Assembly: GCA_028711115.1 (NCBI GenBank)
Contig: JAQTSV010000001.1
Coordinates: forward strand, 1,432,928-1,496,927
DNA from: Candidatus Omnitrophota bacterium
Lineage (GTDB): Bacteria > Omnitrophota > Gorgyraeia > Velamenicoccales > JABMQK01
DNA: 64,000 nt
Reading direction: 5' to 3'
Content: more model-generated notes on this DNA
The model's input: the letters and a program-made list of their open reading frames with translations, nothing else
Database searches by the model: none
What the model was told of the DNA's origin: nothing
The DNA itself: not shown here
How positions within the stretch are numbered: the stretch's first letter is position 1

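Overview
AT-rich window that is almost entirely minus-strand coding. It looks like an uncultivated strict anaerobe; an Omnitrophota-like origin is only a guess from gene content and the giant gene. No tRNA, rRNA, CRISPR array, transposase or integrase was seen. The window has five blocks. (1) 1-10.2 kb holds a NifS/LarE/NifU sulfur-relay set plus an oxygen-detoxification island. That island contains a TrxB-like reductase, rubrerythrin-like and ferritin-like proteins, superoxide reductase, a rubredoxin missing from the ORF track, a flavodiiron protein, Fe-S proteins and an Rrf2 regulator with a recognisable promoter and operator. (2) 13.9-18.7 kb is a sulfide-assimilation operon: Rrf2, His-type Thi4, CysK, and the methanogen-type homocysteine genes COG1900, NIL-ferredoxin and COG2122. 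(3) 18.8-28 kb holds housekeeping and transport genes: a PP-loop thiolase, an NCS2 purine permease, a membrane pyrophosphatase, a DsbD-like protein, two CNNM/CorC paralogues and a HAD hydrolase. (4) 28-45 kb is a glycan-utilisation locus with LacI and ROK regulators, GH116, two paralogous clan GH-A hydrolases, a tandem CBM-like protein and a sugar ABC transporter. (5) 46.2-64.0 kb is a single giant minus-strand ORF of more than 5,930 codons. It is still open at the right edge of the window, so its N-terminus lies outside. It reads as about 20 unrelated, enzyme-sized modules: two radical SAM, two uridine-kinase-like P-loop, PRTase, Nudix-like, GNAT, methyltransferases, guanidino-modifying-enzyme-like, transglutaminase-like Cys protease, RsbW-like HATPase, and a eukaryote-type Mpv17/PMP22 membrane domain. 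Every module boundary carries the same in-frame linker, [S/T]-A-S-S-P-[V/L/I]. In the 3' half this linker is encoded by an identical GC-rich 11-17-mer, with 12 exact copies of GGCGAGGAGGC on the plus strand. This junction-delimited architecture, which could be a polyprotein or a cassette array, is the main candidate for an undescribed system.
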